In this document: piece by piece, positions 49,928 through 58,213 of the stretch
How positions within the stretch are numbered: position 1 is the stretch's first letter
Layout of the letters: the number at the start of each line of letters is the position of its first letter
Origin: Pseudomonadota bacterium
GTDB lineage: Bacteria > Pseudomonadota > Gammaproteobacteria > Acidiferrobacterales > UBA6901
DNA length: 64,000 nt
Direction: 5' to 3'
Assembly (NCBI GenBank): GCA_021785515.1
Contig: JAJYEX010000004.1
Location: 79,074 to 143,073, forward strand
The notes under the pieces: generated by a model
Told to the model about the DNA's origin: nothing
What the model saw: the letters and a program-made list of their open reading frames with translations, nothing else
The model's database searches: none
Made by a program: the position numbers and the translations under genes

Positions 49928-51313
49928 ATGATTGCATCCTGGTTTGGATCGTATCTGGCCTCAACCGCGGGGTTCCTGTTCGCGGCAGTGCTGATTACGC
50001 ACCTTATCCGTCAGCACCGTCCGCCTACGACGACCATCGCCTGGCTGCTGATCATCGTGCTGGCTCCTTATGCAGGCGTGCTCCTGTATCTGCTGATCGG
50101 TGGACGCAAGATGCGCAAGCTTTCTGCCGGCAAGAGGCGCATCAACCTGCCCGCCGTGCCCGCTCCGGCAGTGCTCTCGGACATGGAACGACTGCTGATG
50201 GCGCATGGTGTGCCGCCGGCCACCTCCGGCAATGCCATTGTGTTTCAGATGACGGGAGAAGACAGCTTTGCCGCCCTTGCGGATCTGATCGAAAATGCCG
50301 TCCGCAGCATTTATGTCGGCGTATTCATCCTGCATCCGGATGCGGTCGGAAAGGATGTTCTGGCGCGCCTTTCGCGGCGCGCTGCCGAAGGGGTCGCGGT
50401 GCGTCTGATGCTCGATGGCGTCGGGTCCCTGCAGACCCATCACCGCGCGCTGGCGCCGCTGATACGCGCCGGCGGTCGCTGCGCGTTTTTCATGCCGGTG
50501 CTGCACCGCCCGTTTCGCGGCCGCTCGAATCTGCGCAACCACCGCAAGATCGTAATCGCGGACGGCCGCCGGGTGCTGGCTGGCGGCGCCAATATTGCTG
50601 CGGAATACCTGGGTCCGGAGGCGCGCGCGGGTCGCTGGCCGGACCTGACGTTCACGATCGATGGGCCGGCAGCGGGCCATTACGTCGACCTGTTCCGTTC
50701 CGACTGGCATTTTGCCAGCGGAGAGATGCTGGAATCCAGGCCGCCCCGCGGCGATCCGGCAGGCGGACCGGATGCGGACGCACGCATCCAGGTGGTTCCA
50801 TCCGGACCGGATGTTCCCGGCGATCCGCTCTATGACGCGCTCCTCAGCATGGCGTTTTCCGCCCGCCGCCGGTTATGGGTGGTTACCCCGTATTTCATTC
50901 CAGACGACGCGCTGTGCCGGGCGTTGATCCTGGCTGTCCACCGTGGCGTCGACGTGCGCGTACTGGTGCCAGAGCGATCGAACCATCGCATCGCCGACAT
51001 CGCCGGGCGCAGCTATCTGCGCGACATCTTCCGGGAAGGCGGCAAGGTGCTGCTGTATGCCGGTGGCATGCTGCATGCCAAAGCGGTGCTCATGGATGAT
51101 GAACTTGCCATGATCGGTTCTGCGAATATCGACATGCGCAGCCTCCTGCTCAACTATGAAGCGGGACTGCTTGTCTACAGTGCCCTGCAGATCCGGTACC
51201 TGGAGCAGTGGATAGAAAGCCTCGCGAAGGGGGCGCGGTCCGGACCCGCGGATGCCGGCGCCCTGCGGCAGCTGGAAGAGGGCATTGCAAGACTGCTCGC
51301 GCCCCAGCTCTAG
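49928..51313 (+). CDS. cls: Cardiolipin synthase (PLD superfamily, two HKD motifs)
   Basis: ORF 49775..51313. The start is chosen at ATG 49928 (MIASWFGSYLASTAGFLFAAVLITHLI, two TM helices). The HKD motifs are NHRKIVIADG and MLHAKAVLMDDELAMIGSANID. Confidence 0.88.
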   Translation: MIASWFGSYLASTAGFLFAAVLITHLIRQHRPPTTTIAWLLIIVLAPYAGVLLYLLIGGRKMRKLSAGKRRINLPAVPAPAVLSDMERLLMAHGVPPATSGNAIVFQMTGEDSFAALADLIENAVRSIYVGVFILHPDAVGKDVLARLSRRAAEGVAVRLMLDGVGSLQTHHRALAPLIRAGGRCAFFMPVLHRPFRGRSNLRNHRKIVIADGRRVLAGGANIAAEYLGPEARAGRWPDLTFTIDGPAAGHYVDLFRSDWHFASGEMLESRPPRGDPAGGPDADARIQVVPSGPDVPGDPLYDALLSMAFSARRRLWVVTPYFIPDDALCRALILAVHRGVDVRVLVPERSNHRIADIAGRSYLRDIFREGGKVLLYAGGMLHAKAVLMDDELAMIGSANIDMRSLLLNYEAGLLVYSALQIRYLEQWIESLAKGARSGPADAGALRQLEEGIARLLAPQL

Positions 51314-51325
51314 CCGGCTTTCCGG

Positions 51326-51374
51326 AAACGCGACGGGACGTCCAGGTCTCGCTCGCGCACTCGGTCTGGGCGCA
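51326..51374 (+). repeat. 49-nt direct repeat, copy B (12 nt after the cls stop)
   Basis: AAACGCGACGGGACGTCCAGGTCTCGCTCGCGCACTCGGTCTGGGCGCA lies in the same orientation as copy A, 5090 nt downstream. A weaker similarity continues (LKADEFAEW versus LKEAFAKAW). Confidence 0.9.
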
Positions 51375-51556
51375 TATACGCTGGCGTAAACGCTGTTATC
51401 TGAAGGCAGATGAATTCGCAGAGTGGACTGCCGCCCGAAAACCCGCCGGCGAGAGCAATTACATCGCTGCCCTCGCCAGCGAAACACGGGGCGGCATCGA
51501 AGCGACCGATGCGCATTTACAGCAGATTCTGGACTTGACCTTGGCGGTCTCCAGAT

Positions 51557-52915
51557 TCAGGGTTGCGTTACAACGACGGAGAAAGGGCTACTTCCCGCCG
51601 CGACGGCCGGTGTTGTCATCGGTGTCAGCGCCCCTCCAGCCCCTATCGTGTACTGTGAAACCGTGTTGCCCCCGATATTTGCCACATAGACGTAATGGCC
51701 CGTGGGATCGACCGTGATGGATACGGGGCTGGTGCCCGCCGCGACGGCCGGTGTTGTCATCGGTGTCAGCGTCCCTCCAGCCCCAATCGTGTACTGTGAA
51801 ACCGTGTTGCTCCCATTATTTGCCACATAGACGTAATGGCCCGTGGGATCGGCTGTGACGGAGCGGGTGCCAGTGCCTGCCGCGACGGCCGGTGTTGTCA
51901 TCGGTGTCAGCGCCCCTCCAGCCCCAATCGTGTACTGTGAAACGGTGTTGCTCCCATTATTTGCCACATAGACGTATTGGCCCGTGGGATCGGCTGTGAC
52001 GGAAATGGGAGCGTTTCCTGACGCGACGGCCGGTGTTGTCATCGGTGTCAGCGCTCCTCCAGCCCCTATCGTGTACTGTGAAACGGTGTTGTTCCCATTA
52101 TTTGCCACATAGACGTAATGGCCCGTGGGATCGACCGTGATGGATACGGGGCTGGTGCCCGCCGCGACGGCCGGTGTTGTCATCGGTGTCAACGCTCCTC
52201 CAGCCCCTATCGTGTACTGTGAAACCGTGTTGCCGAACTCATTCGTCACATAGGCGTATTGGCCCGTGGGATCGACCTTGACGGAGACGGGGCCAGTTCC
52301 CGCCGCGACGGCCGGTGTTGTCATCGGCGTCAACACCCCGCCGGCCGCTATCGTATACTGTGAAATATTGTTGTTCCCGTAATTGACCACATAGGCGTAA
52401 TGGCCCGTCGGATCGACCGTGACGGAAATGGGACTGCTACCCGCTGCGACGGTCGATGACATTGGCGTCAGCGCCCCGCCCGTCGCTATCGTGTAGGGTG
52501 AAACAGTGTTGTTCCCGTAATTCGCCACGTAGACGTATTCAGGCCCGCAACTTACCGTTACATTGCTGATGTTGCTATCAGTAATAATGCCTGTACCTTG
52601 GGTGACCGAGCAGAGTTGGTTTTCCACGCTGACAAAATATGAACTCCCAGTAGCGAGGCTCTGCGTAAAGCTGAAGGTGCCATTGCTGGTCAGGGTCAGG
52701 TTATCCCCACCATTGTCTAATAAAACTACGGAGGCACCACTAGACAAGCCGGTGAGGTTACCCGAAACCGTATAGGTCTGAGCCCCAGTCCCACCCGCAC
52801 CCCCACTGGACGGCGAACCGCCACTGCCACCCCCACCGCAACCCGATAGCAAAGCTGCCGAAATAACGATGAGACCAAAACAGGTTGTCCTGTTGTTACG
52901 CATTAAGTTCTTCAC
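51557..52915 (-). CDS. Lipoprotein with N-terminal Ig-like domain and 7-bladed beta-propeller (lactonase/YVTN-like repeats)
   Basis: 452 aa with the lipobox LLSGC and a Gly/Ser linker. A roughly 85-aa domain (YTVSGNLTGLSSGASVVLLDNGGDNLTLTSNGTFSF) follows. Then come seven 46/47-aa repeats of the type HYVYVANNGSNTVSQYTIGAGGALTPMTTPAVAAGTSPVSITVDPTG. Confidence 0.85.
   Translation of the reverse strand: MKNLMRNNRTTCFGLIVISAALLSGCGGGGSGGSPSSGGAGGTGAQTYTVSGNLTGLSSGASVVLLDNGGDNLTLTSNGTFSFTQSLATGSSYFVSVENQLCSVTQGTGIITDSNISNVTVSCGPEYVYVANYGNNTVSPYTIATGGALTPMSSTVAAGSSPISVTVDPTGHYAYVVNYGNNNISQYTIAAGGVLTPMTTPAVAAGTGPVSVKVDPTGQYAYVTNEFGNTVSQYTIGAGGALTPMTTPAVAAGTSPVSITVDPTGHYVYVANNGNNTVSQYTIGAGGALTPMTTPAVASGNAPISVTADPTGQYVYVANNGSNTVSQYTIGAGGALTPMTTPAVAAGTGTRSVTADPTGHYVYVANNGSNTVSQYTIGAGGTLTPMTTPAVAAGTSPVSITVDPTGHYVYVANIGGNTVSQYTIGAGGALTPMTTPAVAAGSSPFSVVVTQP
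51560..52543. repeat. Seven tandem 141-nt coding repeats (propeller blades)
   Basis: The motif CGACGG(C/T)CG... recurs at 51601, 51742, 51883, 52024, 52165, 52306 and 52447, which is an exact 141-nt register. The four promoter-distal copies are nearly identical at DNA level. Confidence 0.9.
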
Positions 52916-53029
52916 GTAAATATTCCCTATCTGTTTCCAGAACGCGCTGTTGTTTTTAATGGTGCTCCAGTAGACCGCGGACTTGGAACAAGTCTAATTA
53001 TATCTCTATTTTTCACTTCTGGGTATTGA

Positions 53030-54025
53030 GTGGCCCTTTTTCATGCCGACAATTCCCTGGGTGTGCTCTATCCAGGGCCATACGCCGATGCGATGTGCAC
53101 CCGGATGAGCTCGGTTATAAAGCGGAAACTCATGGCGGCTGAGGCCGCGATGACCGAAAAAACAGAACAGCAGTTGCTGGACATGAAGCGGTGGGGTGCC
53201 AACACGGCGCGCTTCCAGGTCAGCCAGGGCGCTTTGGCGTATGAGCATGCGCATCAACTTTCTGCGTATACCGACATGGTGTTGTCCGTGATTCGTCGCG
53301 CGCGGGCAGCGGGCTTGATCGTCATCGTATCAATGCAGCCGGAATCTTTGAGTTGCACGCCGCTGCGCAGCAACGGCCAGAAACGAAAACTGCCCGATCG
53401 GCAAACCGAAGAGGCATGGGCGCAATTGGCGCCTGTGCTGGCCCAACTTGGCCCAGGAGTAATGCTGGAAATATTCAATGAACCGAATACCCGGCTAGCG
53501 TGCGGCAAGAGAAATTGGACCGACTGGGCGTACGGCTGCGACGATGATGACGTAGGCATGGTTCCGCTCGCCCAGTTTGTCAGGAAACTGGCACCGGAGG
53601 ATGTTCTGCTCCTCGATGGCGACATGAATGCCGGGACTTTTGCGGGGTTTGACCCGCCCGCCTGGATCCCAAGTAATTCCGCCTACGCGATACATCCCTA
53701 TGGGTACGCGGATGGTCCGGCGGAGAAGTCGCCGAACTGGGATCGTCGCTTTGGCGACTTCCAGAATCAGGGCCACGCCATTGTCGCCACGGAGTGGTGC
53801 AAGACGACTTGGCAATTCGCGAAGTCACATCCTTATTTCTACCGTTTTCATCCGGCGGCGGCCCGCCGAAAGGCACTCTTAGCCAAGCAGTTGGTCAAAA
53901 ACTACCTTCCGGCGCACTATATCGGGATCATCATCTATTCCAGGGATGCACCCGCCATAGGGGCCATGGAACGACATCCATACGCGGCGGCCGTGTTCAC
54001 CGGAGCCAAGTGGGTTTTCCGGTAA
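53030..54025 (+). CDS. Glycoside hydrolase family 5-like protein (no signal peptide; possibly 5'-truncated)
   Basis: 331-aa ORF. VMLEIFNEPN fits the GH5 signature around the acid/base Glu. AIVATEWC is a plausible nucleophile Glu. The ORF can only start at GTG 53030, directly after an in-frame TGA. Confidence 0.65.
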   Translation: MALFHADNSLGVLYPGPYADAMCTRMSSVIKRKLMAAEAAMTEKTEQQLLDMKRWGANTARFQVSQGALAYEHAHQLSAYTDMVLSVIRRARAAGLIVIVSMQPESLSCTPLRSNGQKRKLPDRQTEEAWAQLAPVLAQLGPGVMLEIFNEPNTRLACGKRNWTDWAYGCDDDDVGMVPLAQFVRKLAPEDVLLLDGDMNAGTFAGFDPPAWIPSNSAYAIHPYGYADGPAEKSPNWDRRFGDFQNQGHAIVATEWCKTTWQFAKSHPYFYRFHPAAARRKALLAKQLVKNYLPAHYIGIIIYSRDAPAIGAMERHPYAAAVFTGAKWVFR

Positions 54026-54095
54026 TCGGGCTGAGCGCTGCGGGCCGGTGTGGATGGGGCTATCCGTTCAACGGGGTGTCAAGGACAAAGAGGAT

Positions 54096-54875
54096 ATGGC
54101 CATGCATTGGTTGATCACCGCCGGCGCGCTGCTCCAATTGCTGTCCCTCACCCCGGACAAGGCGTTCGTCACGCGGGAGTTCGATCGCCCCTCAACTGTC
54201 GTGATCTCGCCATGGCGACATCCACCGCGCTTGATACGCTCTTGGCGAGTGGAGCGTGCGATTAGCCTGACAAGTATCGCTGCCCTGGAGCGCACCCTCG
54301 CTGCCGGCGTCCCGCCCGGCGTACACTACGTCGTCTTCGACATCGAGCGCTGGCCACTCACGCCTGCCGGGGAGCAGGCACACCCCATCCAGGCCGTACG
54401 CAAGGCTGCCCGGCTTGCGCACGATCACGGCCTGCTCCTCATTGCCGCGCCGGCCACGGACCTGATCTGGGGTCTTGAACCTGCCGACGCACGGCGTGAA
54501 GGCCAGTTCGCGGCTTTCGTCCGCTCGGGTCTTGCCCGCCGCGTCGCCCGCATCGCGGACTGGTACGTCATCCAGGCAGAGCGGGCCGAAGGCGACCCCC
54601 CTCATTATCGCGCGTACGTGAAGGCCATCAGCAGGCAGGCGCACGCCGCGCGGCCCGACACCGTCGTCCTCGGCGAGGTGGAGACCAACCATGCCGACCA
54701 TGCGGTTTCCGCCTCTCTTTTGTTCCGGGATATTGAGAGCACCCGTCACGCTGTCCAGGGGGAGTGGCTGGGCATCCCTCAGCAGGGTGTGTACTGCGGC
54801 GACTGCGGCAAACCCCACCCAGGGGTTGCCGTCGCTCTTTTGCGTCGGATTTCCCGCGTCAGGCCTTGTCGCTAA
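54096..54875 (+). CDS. Hypothetical protein, paralog 1 of an uncharacterised family (possible TIM-barrel hydrolase-like)
   Basis: ATG 54096 follows AGAGGA. It shares blocks with the next gene: VVFDIERWPLTP / VVLDIENWPMTP, LLIAAPATDL / MLIATPAMDL, YVIQAE / YEIQAQ, and C-terminal CGDCGKPHPGVAVALLRRI / CPRCTTPQPQIAVRLLRML. Confidence 0.6.
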   Translation: MAMHWLITAGALLQLLSLTPDKAFVTREFDRPSTVVISPWRHPPRLIRSWRVERAISLTSIAALERTLAAGVPPGVHYVVFDIERWPLTPAGEQAHPIQAVRKAARLAHDHGLLLIAAPATDLIWGLEPADARREGQFAAFVRSGLARRVARIADWYVIQAERAEGDPPHYRAYVKAISRQAHAARPDTVVLGEVETNHADHAVSASLLFRDIESTRHAVQGEWLGIPQQGVYCGDCGKPHPGVAVALLRRISRVRPCR

Positions 54876-55123
54876 GTGCCGCCCGCGTGCCCAGGAACAG
54901 ACTAATGTCCAACGACTCCTTTGCACGCCCTCCGCGATCGATTTGACCCTCGCGGTCTTCGATGTCCAGGGTTATGTTATTTACTGAAATCACTCGACCC
55001 GACACGACACCGACGGCCAAGGGATCAACAAATTGTGCCGTCGTGCCTGGAGATTGACGTGACCGTGTCGTCGGCAGTTGCCGGCGACACGCCGCAAGCG
55101 CGATGTGATGGACCGAAGAGGAG

Positions 55124-55954
55124 ATGGACATGCTTACGCACCAGCGATTCCCCTGGCTGTGCCTGATGGTGCTCACGCCGCTTTCCGCCCGGGCGGGATC
55201 TGCCCCCGCGCAACCTCCCCTCATCTGGCTCTTTGCCGGCAGCGGCATTTCTCACCTAGCCGAAGCCCCCGGGGGCCGAGCCTTGCTGCGGGGCGTGCTG
55301 AACCGGTCGGATACCTGGGTGATCGGCAAGTCCCCTGATATGCCGGAACGGCCAACACGGCTGGGGGGTGCCGCCAGTCTGAAAGGTTTCCGCCGCGCGA
55401 TGGAGTCGCCCGTCTCGGCCGTCGTTCTGGATATCGAAAACTGGCCCATGACGCCGCCGGCGGAGAGAGAACATCCCGTGACCACTTACGCCAAGGCGGC
55501 CCGGATCGCCGCCGCACATAACAAAATGCTGATCGCAACACCGGCCATGGACCTGGTGCGGACCATGGATCCGTCGTCGCGAGGCCCGATCTACCGCCGC
55601 TTCCGGGAGCTGCGCCTAGCGGCACGGATTGCGCCCTATGTCGATGTCTATGAGATCCAGGCGCAAGGGGTGGAGAATGATCCGCGGCGTTACCGGTCCC
55701 TGGTCCTGGCCCTGGCCCGGCAGGTGCGGTCCTCCCATCCGCAAGCTAGGATTCTGGCGGGACTCAGCACCGGACCTTCGGGGAAGAAGACAAACGCCCG
55801 CACGCTGTATCGGGACGTGCAGGAGACCAGAAGGATCGTCTCCGGGTACTGGCTTAACATCCCCGGCCGTAGCCAATGGTGTCCCCGTTGCACCACGCCG
55901 CAACCGCAGATCGCAGTACGCCTCTTGCGTATGTTGGTTCGGTCCAGCCCGTGA
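55124..55954 (+). CDS. Hypothetical secreted protein, paralog 2 of the same family
   Basis: ATG 55124 follows AGGAG. The signal peptide is FPWLCLMVLTPLSARA/GSAP. See the paralog blocks listed for the preceding gene. Confidence 0.65.
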   Translation: MDMLTHQRFPWLCLMVLTPLSARAGSAPAQPPLIWLFAGSGISHLAEAPGGRALLRGVLNRSDTWVIGKSPDMPERPTRLGGAASLKGFRRAMESPVSAVVLDIENWPMTPPAEREHPVTTYAKAARIAAAHNKMLIATPAMDLVRTMDPSSRGPIYRRFRELRLAARIAPYVDVYEIQAQGVENDPRRYRSLVLALARQVRSSHPQARILAGLSTGPSGKKTNARTLYRDVQETRRIVSGYWLNIPGRSQWCPRCTTPQPQIAVRLLRMLVRSSP

Positions 55955-56073
55955 CTTCCACTACGATAGCAGTATGGGGCTAACCACCAAAGAGATCGTC
56001 GGGGGCATCCGGGCGGGAACGGTTCAAGCCCCGTCATTCCGCTTACGCGTATATGTACACATGAGTACGCTCT

Positions 56074-56526
56074 TTGTACGCAAGAGTATTGCGCAAGGAG
56101 GTTGCTGATGGCCCGTTCCATCCCGGTCACGCCTGCCAGGCCGGCCGCGGCCGATCTGCCGCCCGCAAGGCGCGCGAGTCGCTTGCCCGCACCGTCACGC
56201 GCCTGTTCGACCGCTGGCAGCTGGCGGTCACCGATCAGGCGGCACTTCTCGGGCTCTCGCCGGATTCGCGCACGGCCCTGAGCCGCTATCGGCGGGGTGG
56301 GGCGCTGCCCGACAGCGAGGATCTGCTGGCGCGGGTGGGTCATCTGATCACGATTCACGATGCGCTGCGGATCATGTTTCCGTACAACCCCGAACTTGCC
56401 TGCGCCTGGGTTGCCACCCCCAACCCGAATTTTGGCGGGCTGACGCCGCTTGCCTACATGCGCGGCAACGGGTTTCTGGGGGCGGCGAAGGTGCGCCGCT
56501 ATCTCGACTTTGAGCGCGGGCGCTAG
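56074..56526 (+). CDS. Xre/MbcA/ParS-like antitoxin (DUF2384), third copy; start uncertain or frameshifted
   Basis: The C-terminal block AWVATPNPNFGGLTPLAYMRGNGFLGAAKVRRYLDFERG fits DUF2384. The homologous frame has only a TTG start (56074). A strong AAGGAGG-N6-ATG at 56108 is in a different frame. Confidence 0.65.
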   Translation: MYARVLRKEVADGPFHPGHACQAGRGRSAARKARESLARTVTRLFDRWQLAVTDQAALLGLSPDSRTALSRYRRGGALPDSEDLLARVGHLITIHDALRIMFPYNPELACAWVATPNPNFGGLTPLAYMRGNGFLGAAKVRRYLDFERGR

Positions 56527-56602
56527 CGCTGGTGCACCCGGACCTATTCGATGCGCTCGTTGATTTCGACGAGCCTGTCTACCGCAACATCCGCTCCATC
56601 GT

Positions 56603-57145
56603 GTGTCGCAGGCGCTCCACGAGGATATCGCCGCATCGGCTGAACACCAGGCAATCGCGCGGGCGACCGCGGCCCTGGGTAAACCCCCCTCTGAGGCGCC
56701 GGTGTTCACACGCCCCCTCGACGAGGGCGTCGACGTCCTCTATCCCTTCCTTCCGGAATCCCTGCACCGCACGCGGTTTTCCGACGGCACACGCTATGGC
56801 GTGTGGCATGGTTCGCGCGAGCTCGAGACCACCGTGCACGAGACCGCCTACCACTGGGTCCGGTTCGTGCGGGCCTCCTGCGGCGACCTAGACACCGAAC
56901 TGCGATCGGACCGCCGGGTGTTCACGGCGCGGGTGCGTGCGTTGCTCGTCGATCTGCGCGGCAAGGAGAAGCGCTACCTGGAACTGCTCCATCGAAGCGA
57001 CTACGCTTTCGCGAACGAGGTCGGCCGCTACCTGCATGACCAAGGACAGAATGGCGTCCGGGTGCGCTCCGCACGGTGCGACGGCACGAACGTTGACGTC
57101 TTCCACCCGCAGGCGCTGTCGGACGTGCGGGACCGTGTTATCTGA
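56603..57145 (+). CDS. RES-domain toxin, third copy; possibly frameshifted near its 5' end
   Basis: The RES context is RFSDGTRYGVWHGSRELETTVHETAYH ... GVRVRSARCDGTNVDVFHP. A GTG at 56532, 6 nt after the antitoxin stop, opens a 24-codon frame (VHPDLFDALVDFDEPVYRNIRSIV). That frame would join this one if 2 nt of the GTGTGT run at 56601-56606 were removed. Confidence 0.65.
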   Translation: MSQALHEDIAASAEHQAIARATAALGKPPSEAPVFTRPLDEGVDVLYPFLPESLHRTRFSDGTRYGVWHGSRELETTVHETAYHWVRFVRASCGDLDTELRSDRRVFTARVRALLVDLRGKEKRYLELLHRSDYAFANEVGRYLHDQGQNGVRVRSARCDGTNVDVFHPQALSDVRDRVI

Positions 57146-57286
57146 GCTATCGGCTCATTCCGGCATCTGACCGACTGATCGTCGAACGTACGCCGGGCCG
57201 GACCTGGATGCGGATCAAGGTATAGGGCGCCGCCGCGGGATCCCGTTATGGCATTCCGTCTGCGCCTATCATAAAATTGCCGCATC

Positions 57287-57778
57287 ATGTACCGGGAAGC
57301 ATTTGGACGCATTATCGAGGCGTTGCCAGGCGCGTGTCGGTCTGTATACGGCGAACGCCTGAAGTCGCTTGCAGTCTTCGGCTCGGTGGCGCGCGGGACC
57401 ATGCGTCCGGATTCAGACGTCGATCTTTTCCTGGTGGTCGAACCGCTGCCGGGCGACATTTCGCAGCGCCGCGCAGAGTTCGTGGAGGTGGATCGACGGA
57501 TTTCCGGCCTGCTGACGGAGGCGCGCCGGGAGGGCGTTCACACCTTTCTGGCGCCGGTGATCAAGACGCCATCCGAAATGAGGCAGGGCAGCTTCCTTCA
57601 TCTCGATTTGACGGATCAGGCGCGAATTCTCTATGACCCGCAGGACATCCTGCGAGCCTATCTGGACGACCTGGCCGCGCGGCTGCGGGCGATGGGAGCC
57701 CGGCGCGTCTATAAAGGCGGGAGCTACTACTGGTTGCTGAAGCCCGATTACAAGTGGGGTGACCGGATTGAGCTGTGA
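57287..57778 (+). CDS. Nucleotidyltransferase-domain protein (MNT-type antitoxin)
   Basis: 163 aa with the Pol-beta NTase motif AVFGSVARGTMRPDSDVDLFLVV. Its stop overlaps the HEPN start (GTGA). Confidence 0.8.
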   Translation: MYREAFGRIIEALPGACRSVYGERLKSLAVFGSVARGTMRPDSDVDLFLVVEPLPGDISQRRAEFVEVDRRISGLLTEARREGVHTFLAPVIKTPSEMRQGSFLHLDLTDQARILYDPQDILRAYLDDLAARLRAMGARRVYKGGSYYWLLKPDYKWGDRIEL

Positions 57779-58191
57779 CTGCTGACGAACTCGCCAGGGG
57801 TTATTTTATCCGGGCGCGCAAACGCCTGGTGGCATTGCGTGCGCTCATGCAGGAGGAGGCTTACCCTGATGTCGTTCGGGAAGCTCAGGAGCTGGTCGAA
57901 CTGGTGCTGAAGGGAATGTTGCGTTGGGTCGGCATCGACCCACCAAAATGGCATGACGTGGGGCCCATTCTTGTCGATCAGGAGTCGAGATTTCCCGAAG
58001 TCGTCCGCAGCGAAATCCCAGTGCTGGCGGAGATTTCATTGCGGCTGAGACGCGATCGGGAGACCGCATTCTACGGTGATATCGATCTCATCCCCGACCG
58101 GGTGTTCGGACGCGAGGCGGCAGCGCGGGCGCTTTGTGATGCGGAACGGGTAGTGGAAGCCACCATGCATTTCACGGAATCAAAGGAATGA
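57775..58191 (+). CDS. HEPN-domain protein (toxin partner of MNT)
   Basis: 138 aa and helical: ARKRLVALRALMQEEAYPDVVREAQELVELVLKGMLRWVGIDPPKWHDVG is a typical HEPN layout. Confidence 0.75.
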   Translation: MTADELARGYFIRARKRLVALRALMQEEAYPDVVREAQELVELVLKGMLRWVGIDPPKWHDVGPILVDQESRFPEVVRSEIPVLAEISLRLRRDRETAFYGDIDLIPDRVFGREAAARALCDAERVVEATMHFTESKE

Positions 58192-58213
58192 AGTCGGAGC
58201 TCGGTCGGCCAAG

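Noticed and set aside
51560-52543. Regular 141-nt periodic repeats as a CRISPR or satellite array
   Set aside because: The repeats are contiguous with no spacers and in frame. They encode the seven blades of a beta-propeller lipoprotein.
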